A DNA stretch of 63,623 bases, counting the filler, from Sandaracinaceae bacterium (GTDB lineage Bacteria; Myxococcota_A; Polyangia; Polyangiales; JADJQN01), in assembly GCA_947483975.1 (NCBI GenBank). It is 6 parts of 6 records of this genome, joined end to end, with 100 filler letters (N's around TTAATTAATTAA, not from the genome) between each part and the next. Parts side by side here need not be neighbours in the genome. Positions count along the whole stretch, not along the records: positions 10,722 to 21,279 come from CANKOL010000168.1; positions 21,380 to 31,907 come from CANKOL010000169.1; 4 more parts are not named here. One strand, given 5' to 3'. Positions within the stretch are counted from its first letter, which is position 1. The number at the start of each line of letters is the position of its first letter. Shown here one piece after another: positions 10,766 to 21,545 of this stretch. The notes beneath the pieces were generated by a model that saw nothing but the letters and a program-made list of their open reading frames with translations, did no database searches and was not told where the DNA came from. A program made the position numbers and the translations under genes.

Positions 10766-12010
10766 GTGGCTGTAGAACGTCTCCAGAAGATCCTCGCGCA
10801 GGCGGGGCTCGCGTCGCGTCGCGCCGCGGAAGCACTCATCACGGACGGTCGCGTCCGCGTCAACGGCAAGCTCGTCACGGAGCTAGGCAGCCGCGCCGAC
10901 GGACGCCGCGACCGCATCGAGGTCGATGGCAAGCGCATCACGCTCGAGCGCCCGATCTACTATCTGCTGCACAAGCCGCGCGGCGTCGTCTCGACGCTGA
11001 GCGACCCAGAGGGACGCCCGTCGCTCGGAGAGCTGCTCGCGCGCTATCCAGAGCGCCTCTACCCCGTGGGGCGCCTCGACTTTCACACGAGCGGCGCGCT
11101 CCTCATCACGAACGACGGCGAGCTCGCGGAGGCGCTCCTGCACCCGAGCAGGAAGGTGCCGAAGGTCTACGTCGCCAAGATGCGCGGCGACCTCGACACC
11201 GACGCCCTCGACGGTCTTCGCAACGGCGTAGAGCTCGACGATGGCTTCATGACGGCGCCCGCCGACGTCATCGTGCTCCGTGAAGAGGCGGGCTCCACGT
11301 GGATCCGCATCACGATCCACGAGGGCAAGAACCGTCAGATCCTGCGCATGGGGGATGCGATCGGCCACCCGGTCACGCGCCTCGCGCGCATCAGCTTCGC
11401 CGGCCTCGACACCGAAGCGCTGCGCCCCGGCAACCTCCGGCAGCTCGAAGAAAAAGAGATCGAGAAGCTCAAGAAGACCTATCTCGTCCCCGCGAGGGCA
11501 CGGAAGCTCGGCCAAAAGCGCAGCGCCGCGCGCGCCGCGCGTGCCGCCACCGACGAGGTCGAGGGTGACCCAGGCGACGATGGGCTCGACGAGGCGCTCT
11601 CGCTCGGCGATGACCTCGAGGGCGAGGCGGAGGCTGCCGAGTGGCACGCGGACTCGGAGGGCGATTCTGAGCCCTCTGATGGCGACGCAGGCCCGTCCTT
11701 CCCGCGGGAGAGAAGCCGCACCCCACGCGTGACCAAGCGCGCTCGCGAGATGGAGCGCGGCGTGCAGAACGCTCGCGGCAAGGCGCGCGACCCCCGCACC
11801 CGCGAGGGCGTCCGTGCGAGCGCCTCGAGGCAGACCAAGCGCGAGGAGGGCGCCGGCGCAGGGCCGAAGCGCGCCAACGCTCGAACGCCTTCGAATCCGC
11901 AGGGCGTGGCCGCGTCGAAGGGCCCACAGCGCCCGGCGAAGAGCGGCGTCGCGTCGGCGTCGCGCGGTGCGCCGACCAAGGGCCGTCGCGGTATTCGCAA
12001 GAGTCGCTGA
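10766..12010 (+). CDS. rluB: rRNA pseudouridine synthase (RluB/RsuA family) with long low-complexity C-terminal tail
   Basis: S4 domain ERLQKILAQAGLASRR, HKPRG, catalytic VGRLD, EGKNRQI. Confidence 0.88.
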   Translation: MAVERLQKILAQAGLASRRAAEALITDGRVRVNGKLVTELGSRADGRRDRIEVDGKRITLERPIYYLLHKPRGVVSTLSDPEGRPSLGELLARYPERLYPVGRLDFHTSGALLITNDGELAEALLHPSRKVPKVYVAKMRGDLDTDALDGLRNGVELDDGFMTAPADVIVLREEAGSTWIRITIHEGKNRQILRMGDAIGHPVTRLARISFAGLDTEALRPGNLRQLEEKEIEKLKKTYLVPARARKLGQKRSAARAARAATDEVEGDPGDDGLDEALSLGDDLEGEAEAAEWHADSEGDSEPSDGDAGPSFPRERSRTPRVTKRAREMERGVQNARGKARDPRTREGVRASASRQTKREEGAGAGPKRANARTPSNPQGVAASKGPQRPAKSGVASASRGAPTKGRRGIRKSR

Positions 12011-12019
12011 CGAGAGTCG

Positions 12020-12047
12020 TTGACAGACCAGCGGTTCTGCATATACT
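12020..12047 (+). promoter_or_regulatory. Sigma70-type promoter of tRNA-fMet
   Basis: TTGACA (12020-12025), 16 nt, TATACT (12042-12047), 14 nt before the tRNA. Confidence 0.8.
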
Positions 12048-12061
12048 CCGCTCACTTCTGA

Positions 12062-12138
<77 letters not shown>

Positions 12139-12157
12139 AAGCTTCCGAAGCGCATTC

Positions 12158-12186
12158 ACGGCCGGCCCTCTTCTGGGCTGGCCGTT
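12158..12186 (+). terminator. Hairpin after tRNA, likely terminator
   Basis: ACGGCCGGCCC-TCTTCT-GGGCTGGCCGT stem with a weak T tail. Confidence 0.55.
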
Positions 12187-12209
12187 CGTGCTTCTGGCGT
12201 GCGAGTTCC

Positions 12210-12380
12210 GCTCGGCGCGAGCGGATTCTGAAATCGTCTTGGCCGCGCTCAGCTCGGCGTGAGCGGATTCTGAAATCGTCTTGGCCGCGCTCAGCTCGGC
12301 ATGAGCGGATTTTGAAATCGTTTTGGTTGTGCTCAGCTCGGCGCGAGGGATTCTGAAACCGTTCTCGGTGAGCTCAGCTC
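12210..12380. repeat. 42-bp tandem repeat x4
   Basis: Unit GCTCGGCGYGAGCGGATTCTGAAATCGTCTTGGCCGCGCTCA. Cores at 12223, 12265, 12307 and 12348. Confidence 0.9.
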
Positions 12381-12462
12381 ACGCGCGCCTCGTTCCGGTC
12401 CGCGTCGCGTGCTCGTTGACCGCGCCCGTAGTGGGCGGCTCGCCCGTAGGCTACAAAATGGA

Positions 12463-12496
12463 ACAGCCGCCTCACGGGGACTCCGGAGGCGGCTGT
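12463..12496 (-). terminator. Putative terminator for the 12534-14538 gene pair
   Basis: ACAGCCGCCTC/GAGGCGGCTGT stem followed on the minus strand by TCCATTTTG. Confidence 0.55.
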
Positions 12497-12533
12497 CTGG
12501 CGTGTCTCGCGGTGACCCGCGCTGGCGTGTCGA

Positions 12534-13523
12534 CTACGGGTGGTTGTTCGGTAGCTCGGTGATGTTGAGCCGCCCGCGCGCCTGGACGCCGGTCTGGTAG
12601 CTGCCGATCCACACGTTGTAGAGGCCGGGTCCGGCGTTCGGCAGGTCGATGGACGGGTTGACGCCTCCGTAGGAGTCGTCGTTGCAGACCCACGTGCCGT
12701 CGGCCTTGTTGATGATCAGCGTGGTGTCGCCGTTGCCGCGCACGTGGTCGACGTAGACGCGCAGGCTCGGGCTCGTGCCGGTGAGCGTGAAGTTGAGGTC
12801 AGGCTGGGCGGTGACGAAGCCGGTGCAGCCCGCCGCGAGGTTGAGGGACGTCACGTTGATGCTGCCGCCGGAGACGACGTTGACCCGCATCGGATCGCGC
12901 GGGAAGCCCGGGGCGACGCGGCGCGCGCCGAAGTTCGGGCGGGCCGTCGTCGAGAGCGCGGTCGAGCCCGTCGGTGCGGTGGTCGGTGCGACGGTCGCGC
13001 CGGTGCCGCCGCCCGGCATACGACTGCGGAGCTCGGTGATGTTCAGGGTGCCGCGGGCGCGGGTGCCCGTCGCGTAGCTGCCGATCCAGACGTTGTAGAG
13101 GCCGGGACCCGCGTTGGTCATGTCGACCATCGGGTTGCGGTTCGTCGTGCCGTTCGAGTCGTCGTTGCACGCCCAGGCGTTGTTCGCCCGGTTGATGATC
13201 AGCGTGGTGTCCTCGCTGCCGGCCTCGACGTACACGCGCAGGAAGGCGCTGGTGCCCGTCAGCGTGAAGTTGAAGTCGGGCTGCGCGGTCGCGAAGCCGG
13301 TGCAGTCCTGGCCCAGGTTCATCTGCGAAACGTTCAGCGTGCCGCCGGACGTGACGGGGATCTGGATCGGGTCCGGCGTGAAGCCCGGCGCGATGGTTCG
13401 CGCGCCGAAGTTCGGGGCGCCGGAGGTTGTCAGGCGCTGCGCGGAGGCACCCGCAGGGGCGAGCGCGGCGACCGTCAGAGCAGCGGAGAGCACAGCGAGG
13501 GCGAGCGACTTGGACGAGAGCAT
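12534..13523 (-). CDS. Secreted protein with two ~135-aa PPC-like repeats (paralog A)
   Basis: Signal peptide. Each repeat reads PNFG..PGF..DP..SGG..CTGF..PD..DTTLIIN..W.CNDDS..GPGLYNVWIGSY. Confidence 0.85.
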   Translation of the reverse strand: MLSSKSLALAVLSAALTVAALAPAGASAQRLTTSGAPNFGARTIAPGFTPDPIQIPVTSGGTLNVSQMNLGQDCTGFATAQPDFNFTLTGTSAFLRVYVEAGSEDTTLIINRANNAWACNDDSNGTTNRNPMVDMTNAGPGLYNVWIGSYATGTRARGTLNITELRSRMPGGGTGATVAPTTAPTGSTALSTTARPNFGARRVAPGFPRDPMRVNVVSGGSINVTSLNLAAGCTGFVTAQPDLNFTLTGTSPSLRVYVDHVRGNGDTTLIINKADGTWVCNDDSYGGVNPSIDLPNAGPGLYNVWIGSYQTGVQARGRLNITELPNNHP

Positions 13524-13560
13524 GGGGTTCCCCTTCTTCGATGGGCTGGGTGCGTGGAGA

Positions 13561-14538
13561 CTACGGGTGATTGCCGGCGAGCTCCGTGACGTTCAGGCGC
13601 CCGTGCGCCTGCACGCCGGTCTCGTAGCTGCCGATCCAGACATTGTAGAGGCCGGGGCCTGCGTTCGACAGGTCGATGGCGGGGTTGGTGCCGCCGTTCG
13701 AGTCGTCGTTGCAGATCCAGTTGCCGCTCGCCGTGTTGATGATCAACGTCGTGTCCTTGTTGTCCTGCACGGCGTCGACGTAGACCCGGAGGAACGCGCT
13801 CGTGCCGGTGAGCGTGAAGTTGAAGTCCGGTCGAGCGGTCGCGAAGCCGGTGCAGCCCGCGCCGAGGTTCTGCTGCGAGATGTCGATGTTGCCGCCCGAG
13901 ACGACGTTGATCCGCATCGGGTCAGGCGTGAAGCCCGGCGCGATCGTGCGCGCGCCGAAGTTGGGGGCGCCGCTCGTCGTGAGCGCGCCGCCGCTGTGCG
14001 CGGAAGAGGGCGGAGGCGTCGGTGCCGCCGACCCGCCGACGGGCAGCTGGCTGCGGAGCTCGGTGATGTTCAGCGTGCCGTGGGCGCGGGTGCCGGACGC
14101 GTAGCTGCCGATCCACACGTTGTAGAGGCCGGGGCCCGCGTTGTTCAGGTCGACCATCGGGTTGCGCCCGCCGTTCGAATCGTCGTTGCACGCCCACTGG
14201 CCGTTGGCCTTGTTGATGATCAGGGTGGTGTCTTCGCTGCCCGCGTTCACGAACACGCGGAGGAAGTTGCTCACGCCGGTCAGCGTGAAGTTGAAGTCCG
14301 GCTGCGCGGTCGCGAAGCCGGTGCAGTCGGTGCCGAGGCTCATCTGCGACACGTTCAGGGTGCCGCCCGAGGTGATCGCGACCTGGATCGGGTCGGGCGT
14401 GAAGCCCGGGGTGACGCTGCGGGAGCCGTAGTTCGGCGTGCCCGAGGTGTTCAGGCTCTGAGCGGACGCGGCGACCGGGACGAGGAGAGCGGTCATGAGC
14501 GTGAGAACTGCGAGCGACTTCTGGGAGATGGCGGGCAT
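13561..14538 (-). CDS. Secreted protein with two ~135-aa PPC-like repeats (paralog B)
   Basis: Same architecture and highly similar sequence to 12534-13523. GAGG RBS. Confidence 0.85.
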   Translation of the reverse strand: MPAISQKSLAVLTLMTALLVPVAASAQSLNTSGTPNYGSRSVTPGFTPDPIQVAITSGGTLNVSQMSLGTDCTGFATAQPDFNFTLTGVSNFLRVFVNAGSEDTTLIINKANGQWACNDDSNGGRNPMVDLNNAGPGLYNVWIGSYASGTRAHGTLNITELRSQLPVGGSAAPTPPPSSAHSGGALTTSGAPNFGARTIAPGFTPDPMRINVVSGGNIDISQQNLGAGCTGFATARPDFNFTLTGTSAFLRVYVDAVQDNKDTTLIINTASGNWICNDDSNGGTNPAIDLSNAGPGLYNVWIGSYETGVQAHGRLNVTELAGNHP

Positions 14539-14726
14539 CGGGGGGTTCCTCGGGTTCGGGGGGAGCGCGCTTCGGACGAAGGAGGCTAAGCGACATTCAA
14601 TGGATGCCGCGCGGATTGTGTAGCGCGGGGCACTTATGGCCTCGGCGGGCTTTTGTCGAGCCCGGCCCCGCCGCGCGTCAGTCTCGCTTGCAGGGAGGGC
14701 TAGGTACCCCCTAATGTCCCGCCACC

Positions 14727-15869
<1,143 letters not shown>

Positions 15870-15889
15870 GGAGCCCGGTGCGGCGCAGG

Positions 15890-16636
15890 ATGTCGGCGAC
15901 GCTGCGTCGCCTCGCGGTCTGGTGGCTCGCGTGCGCGACGTGCGCGGGCCTCGGGGCGGCGTGCGGCGGTGCCGGCGCGGCGGACCAGGACCACACCGTG
16001 GTGGTGGCGCAGCACGACGATGGGCGCCGCGAGGAGCCCCATGATGGCGCCCGGATGAGCGGGCTGATGGGGACGATCTCCGCCGATGGGGTGCGCGACA
16101 CCCTGCAGATGCGCCAAGACCGGTTCTTGTCGTGCTTCACGCATCGCCTCGACGACGTGAGCGTGCTCGGCGGCACCATCGAGCTCGCGTTTCGCGTGAG
16201 GCTCGATGGGGGCGTGCGCTGGGTCTACCCGAAGCGCTCGACGATCGGGGACCGCGAGACGGAGCGCTGCATCCTCGGCGTCGCGTCCTCCGTGCACTTC
16301 AGGCAGCCGAGCGGCGGTGAGGCCGAGTTTACCTGGCCGTTCGAGGTCGCCGCGCCGGACGATGTGCGCCCGGCGCTCGACTGGACCGCGGATCGCGTCG
16401 CGCCGCTCCTCGCGCAGCACTCCGACCTCGGCGCGCGTTGCCGCCCGCCGGGCACGGACGTGACGTTCTCGATCACGGCGTACATCGCGCCGGGCGGCGC
16501 CGTCCTCGCGGCGGGCGGCGCGCCGAGCGAGCTCGGCGGGCTCGACGCGGTCGACTGCGTGCTCGACTCGGTGCGCGCTTGGTCGCTGCCCGACCCAGTG
16601 AGCTATCCAGCCAAGGTCACGTTCGACGTTCAGTAA
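15890..16636 (+). CDS. Lipoprotein with AgmX/PglI-type TonB-C-like domains
   Basis: Lipobox GAAC. C-F...GTIELAFRV..DG...STIGDRETERCI...F.QPSGG pattern, with a second degenerate copy. Start uncertain (15866 or 15890). Confidence 0.7.
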   Translation: MSATLRRLAVWWLACATCAGLGAACGGAGAADQDHTVVVAQHDDGRREEPHDGARMSGLMGTISADGVRDTLQMRQDRFLSCFTHRLDDVSVLGGTIELAFRVRLDGGVRWVYPKRSTIGDRETERCILGVASSVHFRQPSGGEAEFTWPFEVAAPDDVRPALDWTADRVAPLLAQHSDLGARCRPPGTDVTFSITAYIAPGGAVLAAGGAPSELGGLDAVDCVLDSVRAWSLPDPVSYPAKVTFDVQ

Positions 16637-16662
16637 CTCCCACCCAGAGCGAACACAGAGCC

Positions 16663-17799
16663 ATGGACTTCGAGCTCGATGAGACGCAGCGCCTCGTGCG
16701 CGACACCGCCCGCGACTACGCGACCAAGACCCTCGCGCCGCTCGCGCGGAAGATCGAGGCCGAGGAGTGCGTCCCGCCGGAGGTGCTGCGCGCGCTCGGC
16801 GGGCTCGGTTTGCTCGCCGTGAACGTGCCGGAGGCCCTCGGCGGCGCGGAGGCGGGCGTCGTCGCGTACAGCGTCGCGATGTCGGAGATCGCGAAGGCGT
16901 GCTCCTCGACGGCGGTGACCATGGCCGTGACCAACATGGTCAACGAGGTGATCGCGACCTTCGGCAACGACGCGCAGAAGCAGCGGTATTGCCCGTGGCT
17001 CGCGAGCGGCGAGACGCTCGGCGCGTTCGCGCTCTCGGAGGCCGATGCGGGCTCGGACCCTGGCGCGATGCGCACGACCGCGCGGCGCGACGGCGATGAT
17101 TGGATCGTCGACGGCGGCAAGCAGTGGATCACGAGCGGCGCGTGGGCTGGCGTGTTCGTGCTCTGGGCGCGCACTGGAGAGCCTGGAACCAAGGGGATTT
17201 CCTGCTTCTTGGTGGACGCTGGCACGCCGGGACTGCGGATCGGGCACCACGAAGACAAGATGGGGATTCGCGGCTCGAACACCGTCGCGCTCGAGTTCGA
17301 CGAGATGCGACTCCCCGGGAGCGCGCTCTTCGGGGAGCTAGGGCAGGGCTTTCGCATCGCGATGATGGCGCTCGACGGCGGGCGAGTCGGCATCGCGTCG
17401 CAGTCGCTCGGCATCGGCGAGGGCGCGCTCAGCGATGCGCTCCGCTACGCGAAGGAGCGGCAGGCGTTCGGGAAGCCGATCGCCGAATTCCAGGCGATCC
17501 AGTGGATGATCGCGGACTCGCGCACGGAGCTCGACGCGGCTCGGCTGCTGACGCTGCGGGCGGCTGCGATGAAGCAGCAGCGCGTGCCCTTCACGAAGGA
17601 GGCGTCGATGGCGAAGCTCTTCGCGAGCGAGGCCGCGTGGCGCGTCTGCAACCGCGCGGTGCAGGTGCACGGCGGCTACGGCTACACGCGCGACTTCGAC
17701 GTCGAGCGCCGCTTTCGCGACGTGCGCGTCACTCAGATCTACGAGGGCACGAGCGAGATTCAGCGCGTCGTCATCGCCCGCTTGGTCTTGAAGGACTGA
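16663..17799 (+). CDS. Acyl-CoA dehydrogenase
   Basis: Start MDFEL. FALSEADAGSD, KQWITSG, LDGGRVGIA and IYEGTSEIQR motifs. Confidence 0.95.
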   Translation: MDFELDETQRLVRDTARDYATKTLAPLARKIEAEECVPPEVLRALGGLGLLAVNVPEALGGAEAGVVAYSVAMSEIAKACSSTAVTMAVTNMVNEVIATFGNDAQKQRYCPWLASGETLGAFALSEADAGSDPGAMRTTARRDGDDWIVDGGKQWITSGAWAGVFVLWARTGEPGTKGISCFLVDAGTPGLRIGHHEDKMGIRGSNTVALEFDEMRLPGSALFGELGQGFRIAMMALDGGRVGIASQSLGIGEGALSDALRYAKERQAFGKPIAEFQAIQWMIADSRTELDAARLLTLRAAAMKQQRVPFTKEASMAKLFASEAAWRVCNRAVQVHGGYGYTRDFDVERRFRDVRVTQIYEGTSEIQRVVIARLVLKD

Positions 17800-17812
17800 G
17801 CGCGGGCGTCTG

Positions 17813-18757
17813 ATGCGCACCGACCAGACGATGCTCTGCACGCGCTGCGCGGTGCGCTTCTCGCCCGCGAAGCGCTGCCCTCGCTGCGGCGGCGCGAGGC
17901 TGCACGATCTGCGTCGCGCGCATGAGCGCAAGACGGCGCTGCCGCTGCTGCGCGCCGTGGCGAGCAACCGCGCGGAGTGGCTCGCCGAGACGGTCGAGCG
18001 CGTGCTGGTGGGCTATGTGCGCTGGGGCTTCGCGCTGCTGACCGGCGTCGCGTTCGTCGCGGGCTGGGTCGAGACCTCGGCGACGGCGGGCGGGGTCTTG
18101 GTCGCGTGCCTCGCGGCGATCGCGCAGGTCGTGCTCGTGGTCGCGCTGGTCGGGGTCGTCTCGGCGATCTCGGTGCTCGCGCGCGTGTTCTCTGCGGTCG
18201 CGCGCCCGCTCGGTCGGGCAGGCGCCGCGAGTCCGGCGCGTCGACAGGTGCTCCCGCTGCCGGCGCCGGTCGCCGCGGCGACGACCGAGCGGCAGAGCTT
18301 CACGGGCCGAGTGCGGTGCAGGACGCCGCTCCTGTCGCCCGTCGGTCACGAGCGCTGCGCGGCGTTTCGCATCGTCGGGGACGCGCCCGGCGGGGCGATC
18401 GACGACGCGGGCATCGCGCCCTTCGAGGTGATCGGCGAGGACGGCGCGGTGTGCGTCGTCGCGGAGTGCGTCGGGACGGTCTCGCTCGAGCTGGAGAGCC
18501 CCGCGCGCACCGTGCGCCCGGATGAGGCGCTGCGGGCGTTTCTCGACGAGCGCGGCGCCTACAGCGAGCTCGGCGCGGTGCGGCTCGCGGAGGCTGTGCT
18601 GCGCGAAGGCGAGGCAGTGACCGTCGAGGGCGTCGCGGACGACACCGTGCGCGCGGACGGCTATCGCGACTCGCGCATCGTGCGGGTGTTGCGCGATGTG
18701 CCGGGCGCCCCGCTCGTCATTCGTCGCGCGCCAGCGCTGGTCGCACAGCACGATTGA
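17813..18757 (+). CDS. Hypothetical membrane protein with N-terminal Zn ribbon
   Basis: CTRC..CPRC, two hydrophobic segments, C-terminal EAVLREGEAVTVEG. Confidence 0.6.
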   Translation: MRTDQTMLCTRCAVRFSPAKRCPRCGGARLHDLRRAHERKTALPLLRAVASNRAEWLAETVERVLVGYVRWGFALLTGVAFVAGWVETSATAGGVLVACLAAIAQVVLVVALVGVVSAISVLARVFSAVARPLGRAGAASPARRQVLPLPAPVAAATTERQSFTGRVRCRTPLLSPVGHERCAAFRIVGDAPGGAIDDAGIAPFEVIGEDGAVCVVAECVGTVSLELESPARTVRPDEALRAFLDERGAYSELGAVRLAEAVLREGEAVTVEGVADDTVRADGYRDSRIVRVLRDVPGAPLVIRRAPALVAQHD

Positions 18758-18789
18758 CGCACGCCTCGAGGCGTCGGCTGCATCGCTGG

Positions 18790-19149
18790 ATGCGCAGTCG
18801 ATTCTCCAGGCTCCTCGGCTCTGCGGTCCTCACGGCAGCGTTTGTCACGGCGGGCTGTGGTGACGATGACCTCACCCCTGAGGCGTCGCTGTCTCTCGAT
18901 CGCGACCTGCGCGAACCGCGCTGCGCGCTGTGGCGTTTCGTGCCCGCAGAGCGCCGCATCGCGTACATCCTCGACTTGCCTTCTCGCGGCGACACCTGCT
19001 TTGCGAGCGTGCTCGACGGGGCGAGTCCAGACGAGGTGATCGTCTACGACTACAGCTCTCCCATCGATGGTCCCGACGTCGCGTGGAACGTCGGACAAGA
19101 GGGCTAGACGCGCGTTTATCGGCACGTCCTGCGCTTCACGCCGCGCTGA
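18790..19149 (+). pseudogene. Probable internally deleted lipoprotein remnant with in-frame TAG
   Basis: Signal peptide and lipobox (TAGC) joined almost directly to a C-terminal-looking segment DLPSRGDTCF..YSSPIDGPD. The frame continues after TAG (19105-19107) as TRVYRHVLRFTPR. Confidence 0.5.
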
Positions 19150-19179
19150 GCGAGGCCGCGCCAGCGCGCAGTCGAACGA

Positions 19180-21279
19180 TCAAGGGGAGGTCGTGAAGTC
19201 GAGGGAAACACGCGCGTTGCCCCCGGGCGCGACCTGTAGAACGTGGGTGTGCGTGACTCCGTCACGGTCGACGAGGCGCAGCCGGAGAGTGCCCGAGGGG
19301 ACGGTCGCCTGCCCAATCGGGGTCGTTCCGAGCAGCGTGCTGCCGACATAGACCTTCGACCACGGACGAGTGGTGATCGACAGCGTCGCAGGAGGGCCGG
19401 TGGGCGCGTGCCGACGCGCGACGAGCGGCGCGTCCACGGACGTCAGGTCGCCCGCGGCGACGAGGAACTGCCCCGCCCAGACGTCGAAGCCCGCGTGCGT
19501 CACGCGGAGGGCGTGCGGGCCGACCGCGAGGTCTCGCAGGTCGAGCGGCGTGATGCCGGGAACGGCTGCGCCATCGACCTCCACGAGCGCGCCGGCGGGC
19601 GTGCTGTGGACGGAGACCGCGCCCGTCGCGGGGCCTGCGGGGGCGTTCGGCCCGGCCAGGGCTTGCGGCGCGACCGGGGGCGGCATCTCCGGGGGGTGCG
19701 GGGAAGCCGGTATTCGCGTGGCCGGCATCGCCGGGGCGAGGGGCGCGCGTGGCGTGGCCGTCGGGCGGCCTGCGACGCCAAACGCCCACGCCCCGCCGCC
19801 GACGAGCGCGAGCAAGGCGACTGCCGCGACGGCGAGGATGGCAGTGTTCGGCTTCCTCGGCGGAGGCGGACGCGATGCGCCCGGGACATCCATCGTGATC
19901 TCGAAGTCTCGCTGCGGAGCCGCGCCCGCGCTCTCGACGGCGCCGTCCGCCGGGCGAATCCGCACGCGAGAGAGGCCCGTCGAGATCGAGGCGTCGACCT
20001 GCGGCCCGCGCCGAATCTCCGTGTGATAGAGGCTGTCGAGGTACTCCGACACTCGCGTCGCGCCGACGACCTCGCGCGAATCCTGCAGATAGTGCTCGAG
20101 CGCGCTCTGCAGCTCTCCGGCGGTCTGATAGCGGTCTTCAGGCTTCTTCGCGAGCGCCTTCTGCACGATGGCGTCGAGCACGACCGGCAGGTCGGGGCGG
20201 ACCTCCCGGGGCGAGGGCACGGGGCCATCGACGATGGCCTGCATCGTCTCGTACTCATTCGGGCGGTGATAGAGCTTCTTGCTCGTCAGGGCTTCGTAGA
20301 GGCAGACGCCGAGCGAGAAGATATCCGCTCGCGCGTCGATCTCCTGCCCCATGCAGTGCTGCGGGGACATGTACGCGAACTTGCCCTTCACCGTGCCGGC
20401 GACGGTCTTCGTCCCCTGCGAGGCTGCCTTCGCCACGCCGAAGTCGAGCAGCTTCACGCCGGCTTCGTAGCTGACCATGATGTTCGCCGGGCTGACGTCG
20501 CGGTGCACGATGCCGAGCGGCCGACCACGCTCGTCCCGCGCGCGGTGCGCGTAGTGCAGCGCCTCGGCGATGTGCGAGATGATCTTCACGGTGACGGCGA
20601 CGGGAATGCCGCCTTCGCTCCGAGTGCGGCTGATCAGCTTGCCGAGCGGCACGCCGTTCACCCACTCCATGGCCATGAAGTAGCTGTTGTCCTGCCGACC
20701 GAACTCGTAGATGTGGCAGATGTTCGGGTGACTCAGCTGAATGGCGAGTCGCGCCTCGTCGAGGAACATCTGCACGAACAGGTCGTCGTCGGCGACGTGC
20801 GGCAGAATCCGCTTGATCACGACGTTGCGCTGCGAGCCGCTCGAGCTCATCTGTCGCGCGAGAAAGATCTCGGCCATTCCGCCGAACGCGAGGCGTCCGA
20901 AGACCTCGTAGTCGCCGAAGACTCCCACGACGGGTAGCTCCGCGGGCGGCACGGAACTCAGGGTCTTCGGCGGAGGTAAGGAGTCGGGCGCGGGGTCCAA
21001 GGGCACGGAGGCGGCGGCCTCCGCGAGCGCCTGAAAGTCGCTCGGCAGGCGCCCCGGCTTCGGCGCGGAGCGCTCGTCGTCGTCGAACACGATGGCGGGG
21101 TGAACCGAGTCGCGCTTGACCGTCTCGGTCCGCTCGCGAGGCCTTCCGGCGCGGGGCGCCATCGTGGCGGGTTGGTCGCTCGCCGGGTGGCGCGCCTCGG
21201 GCGGCGCGTCCGCACGGTCGGGGGTCTTCGCCGGTGTCGCCGGCTCGGACGCCGGTGTCTGCGCGGGAGCGGCCACGAC
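19180..21279 (-). CDS. Membrane Ser/Thr protein kinase with PEGA domain(s), probably 5'-truncated
   Basis: GGMAEIF, VIKR, HRDVSPANI, DFG, GKFAYMSP, TM segment, then VHSTPAGALVEVDG..TP (PEGA). Confidence 0.93.
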   Translation of the reverse strand, partial: VVAAPAQTPASEPATPAKTPDRADAPPEARHPASDQPATMAPRAGRPRERTETVKRDSVHPAIVFDDDERSAPKPGRLPSDFQALAEAAASVPLDPAPDSLPPPKTLSSVPPAELPVVGVFGDYEVFGRLAFGGMAEIFLARQMSSSGSQRNVVIKRILPHVADDDLFVQMFLDEARLAIQLSHPNICHIYEFGRQDNSYFMAMEWVNGVPLGKLISRTRSEGGIPVAVTVKIISHIAEALHYAHRARDERGRPLGIVHRDVSPANIMVSYEAGVKLLDFGVAKAASQGTKTVAGTVKGKFAYMSPQHCMGQEIDARADIFSLGVCLYEALTSKKLYHRPNEYETMQAIVDGPVPSPREVRPDLPVVLDAIVQKALAKKPEDRYQTAGELQSALEHYLQDSREVVGATRVSEYLDSLYHTEIRRGPQVDASISTGLSRVRIRPADGAVESAGAAPQRDFEITMDVPGASRPPPPRKPNTAILAVAAVALLALVGGGAWAFGVAGRPTATPRAPLAPAMPATRIPASPHPPEMPPPVAPQALAGPNAPAGPATGAVSVHSTPAGALVEVDGAAVPGITPLDLRDLAVGPHALRVTHAGFDVWAGQFLVAAGDLTSVDAPLVARRHAPTGPPATLSITTRPWSKVYVGSTLLGTTPIGQATVPSGTLRLRLVDRDGVTHTHVLQVAPGGNARVSLDFTTSP

Positions 21280-21379
21280 NNNNNNNNNNNNNNNNNNNNN
21301 NNNNNNNNNNNNNNNNNNNNNNNTTAATTAATTAANNNNNNNNNNNNNNNNNNNNNNNNNNNNNNNNNNNNNNNNNNNN
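21280..21379. other. Artificial contig linker
   Basis: N run with TTAATTAATTAA. Confidence 0.99.
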
Positions 21380-21545
21380 TGCCGCCAGGCCGAGTGCCGC
21401 CCGGCCGAGTGCCGCCCGGCCGAGTGATGGACCAATCGTCTTGCGCCGCGACCGGCCGACCGGCGAGCACACCCGCGAGAAACAAGCCGCTCGCGCAGCA
21501 GAGCGCGAGCAGCCTGGCGAGCGTCCGTGCCCGCCGCGGGCTCAC
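21380..21545 (-). CDS. N-terminus of a secreted protein (TRPGG repeats), truncated by contig end
   Basis: GTG overlapping the upstream stop (GTGA), signal peptide, then 15-bp coding repeats. Confidence 0.6.
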
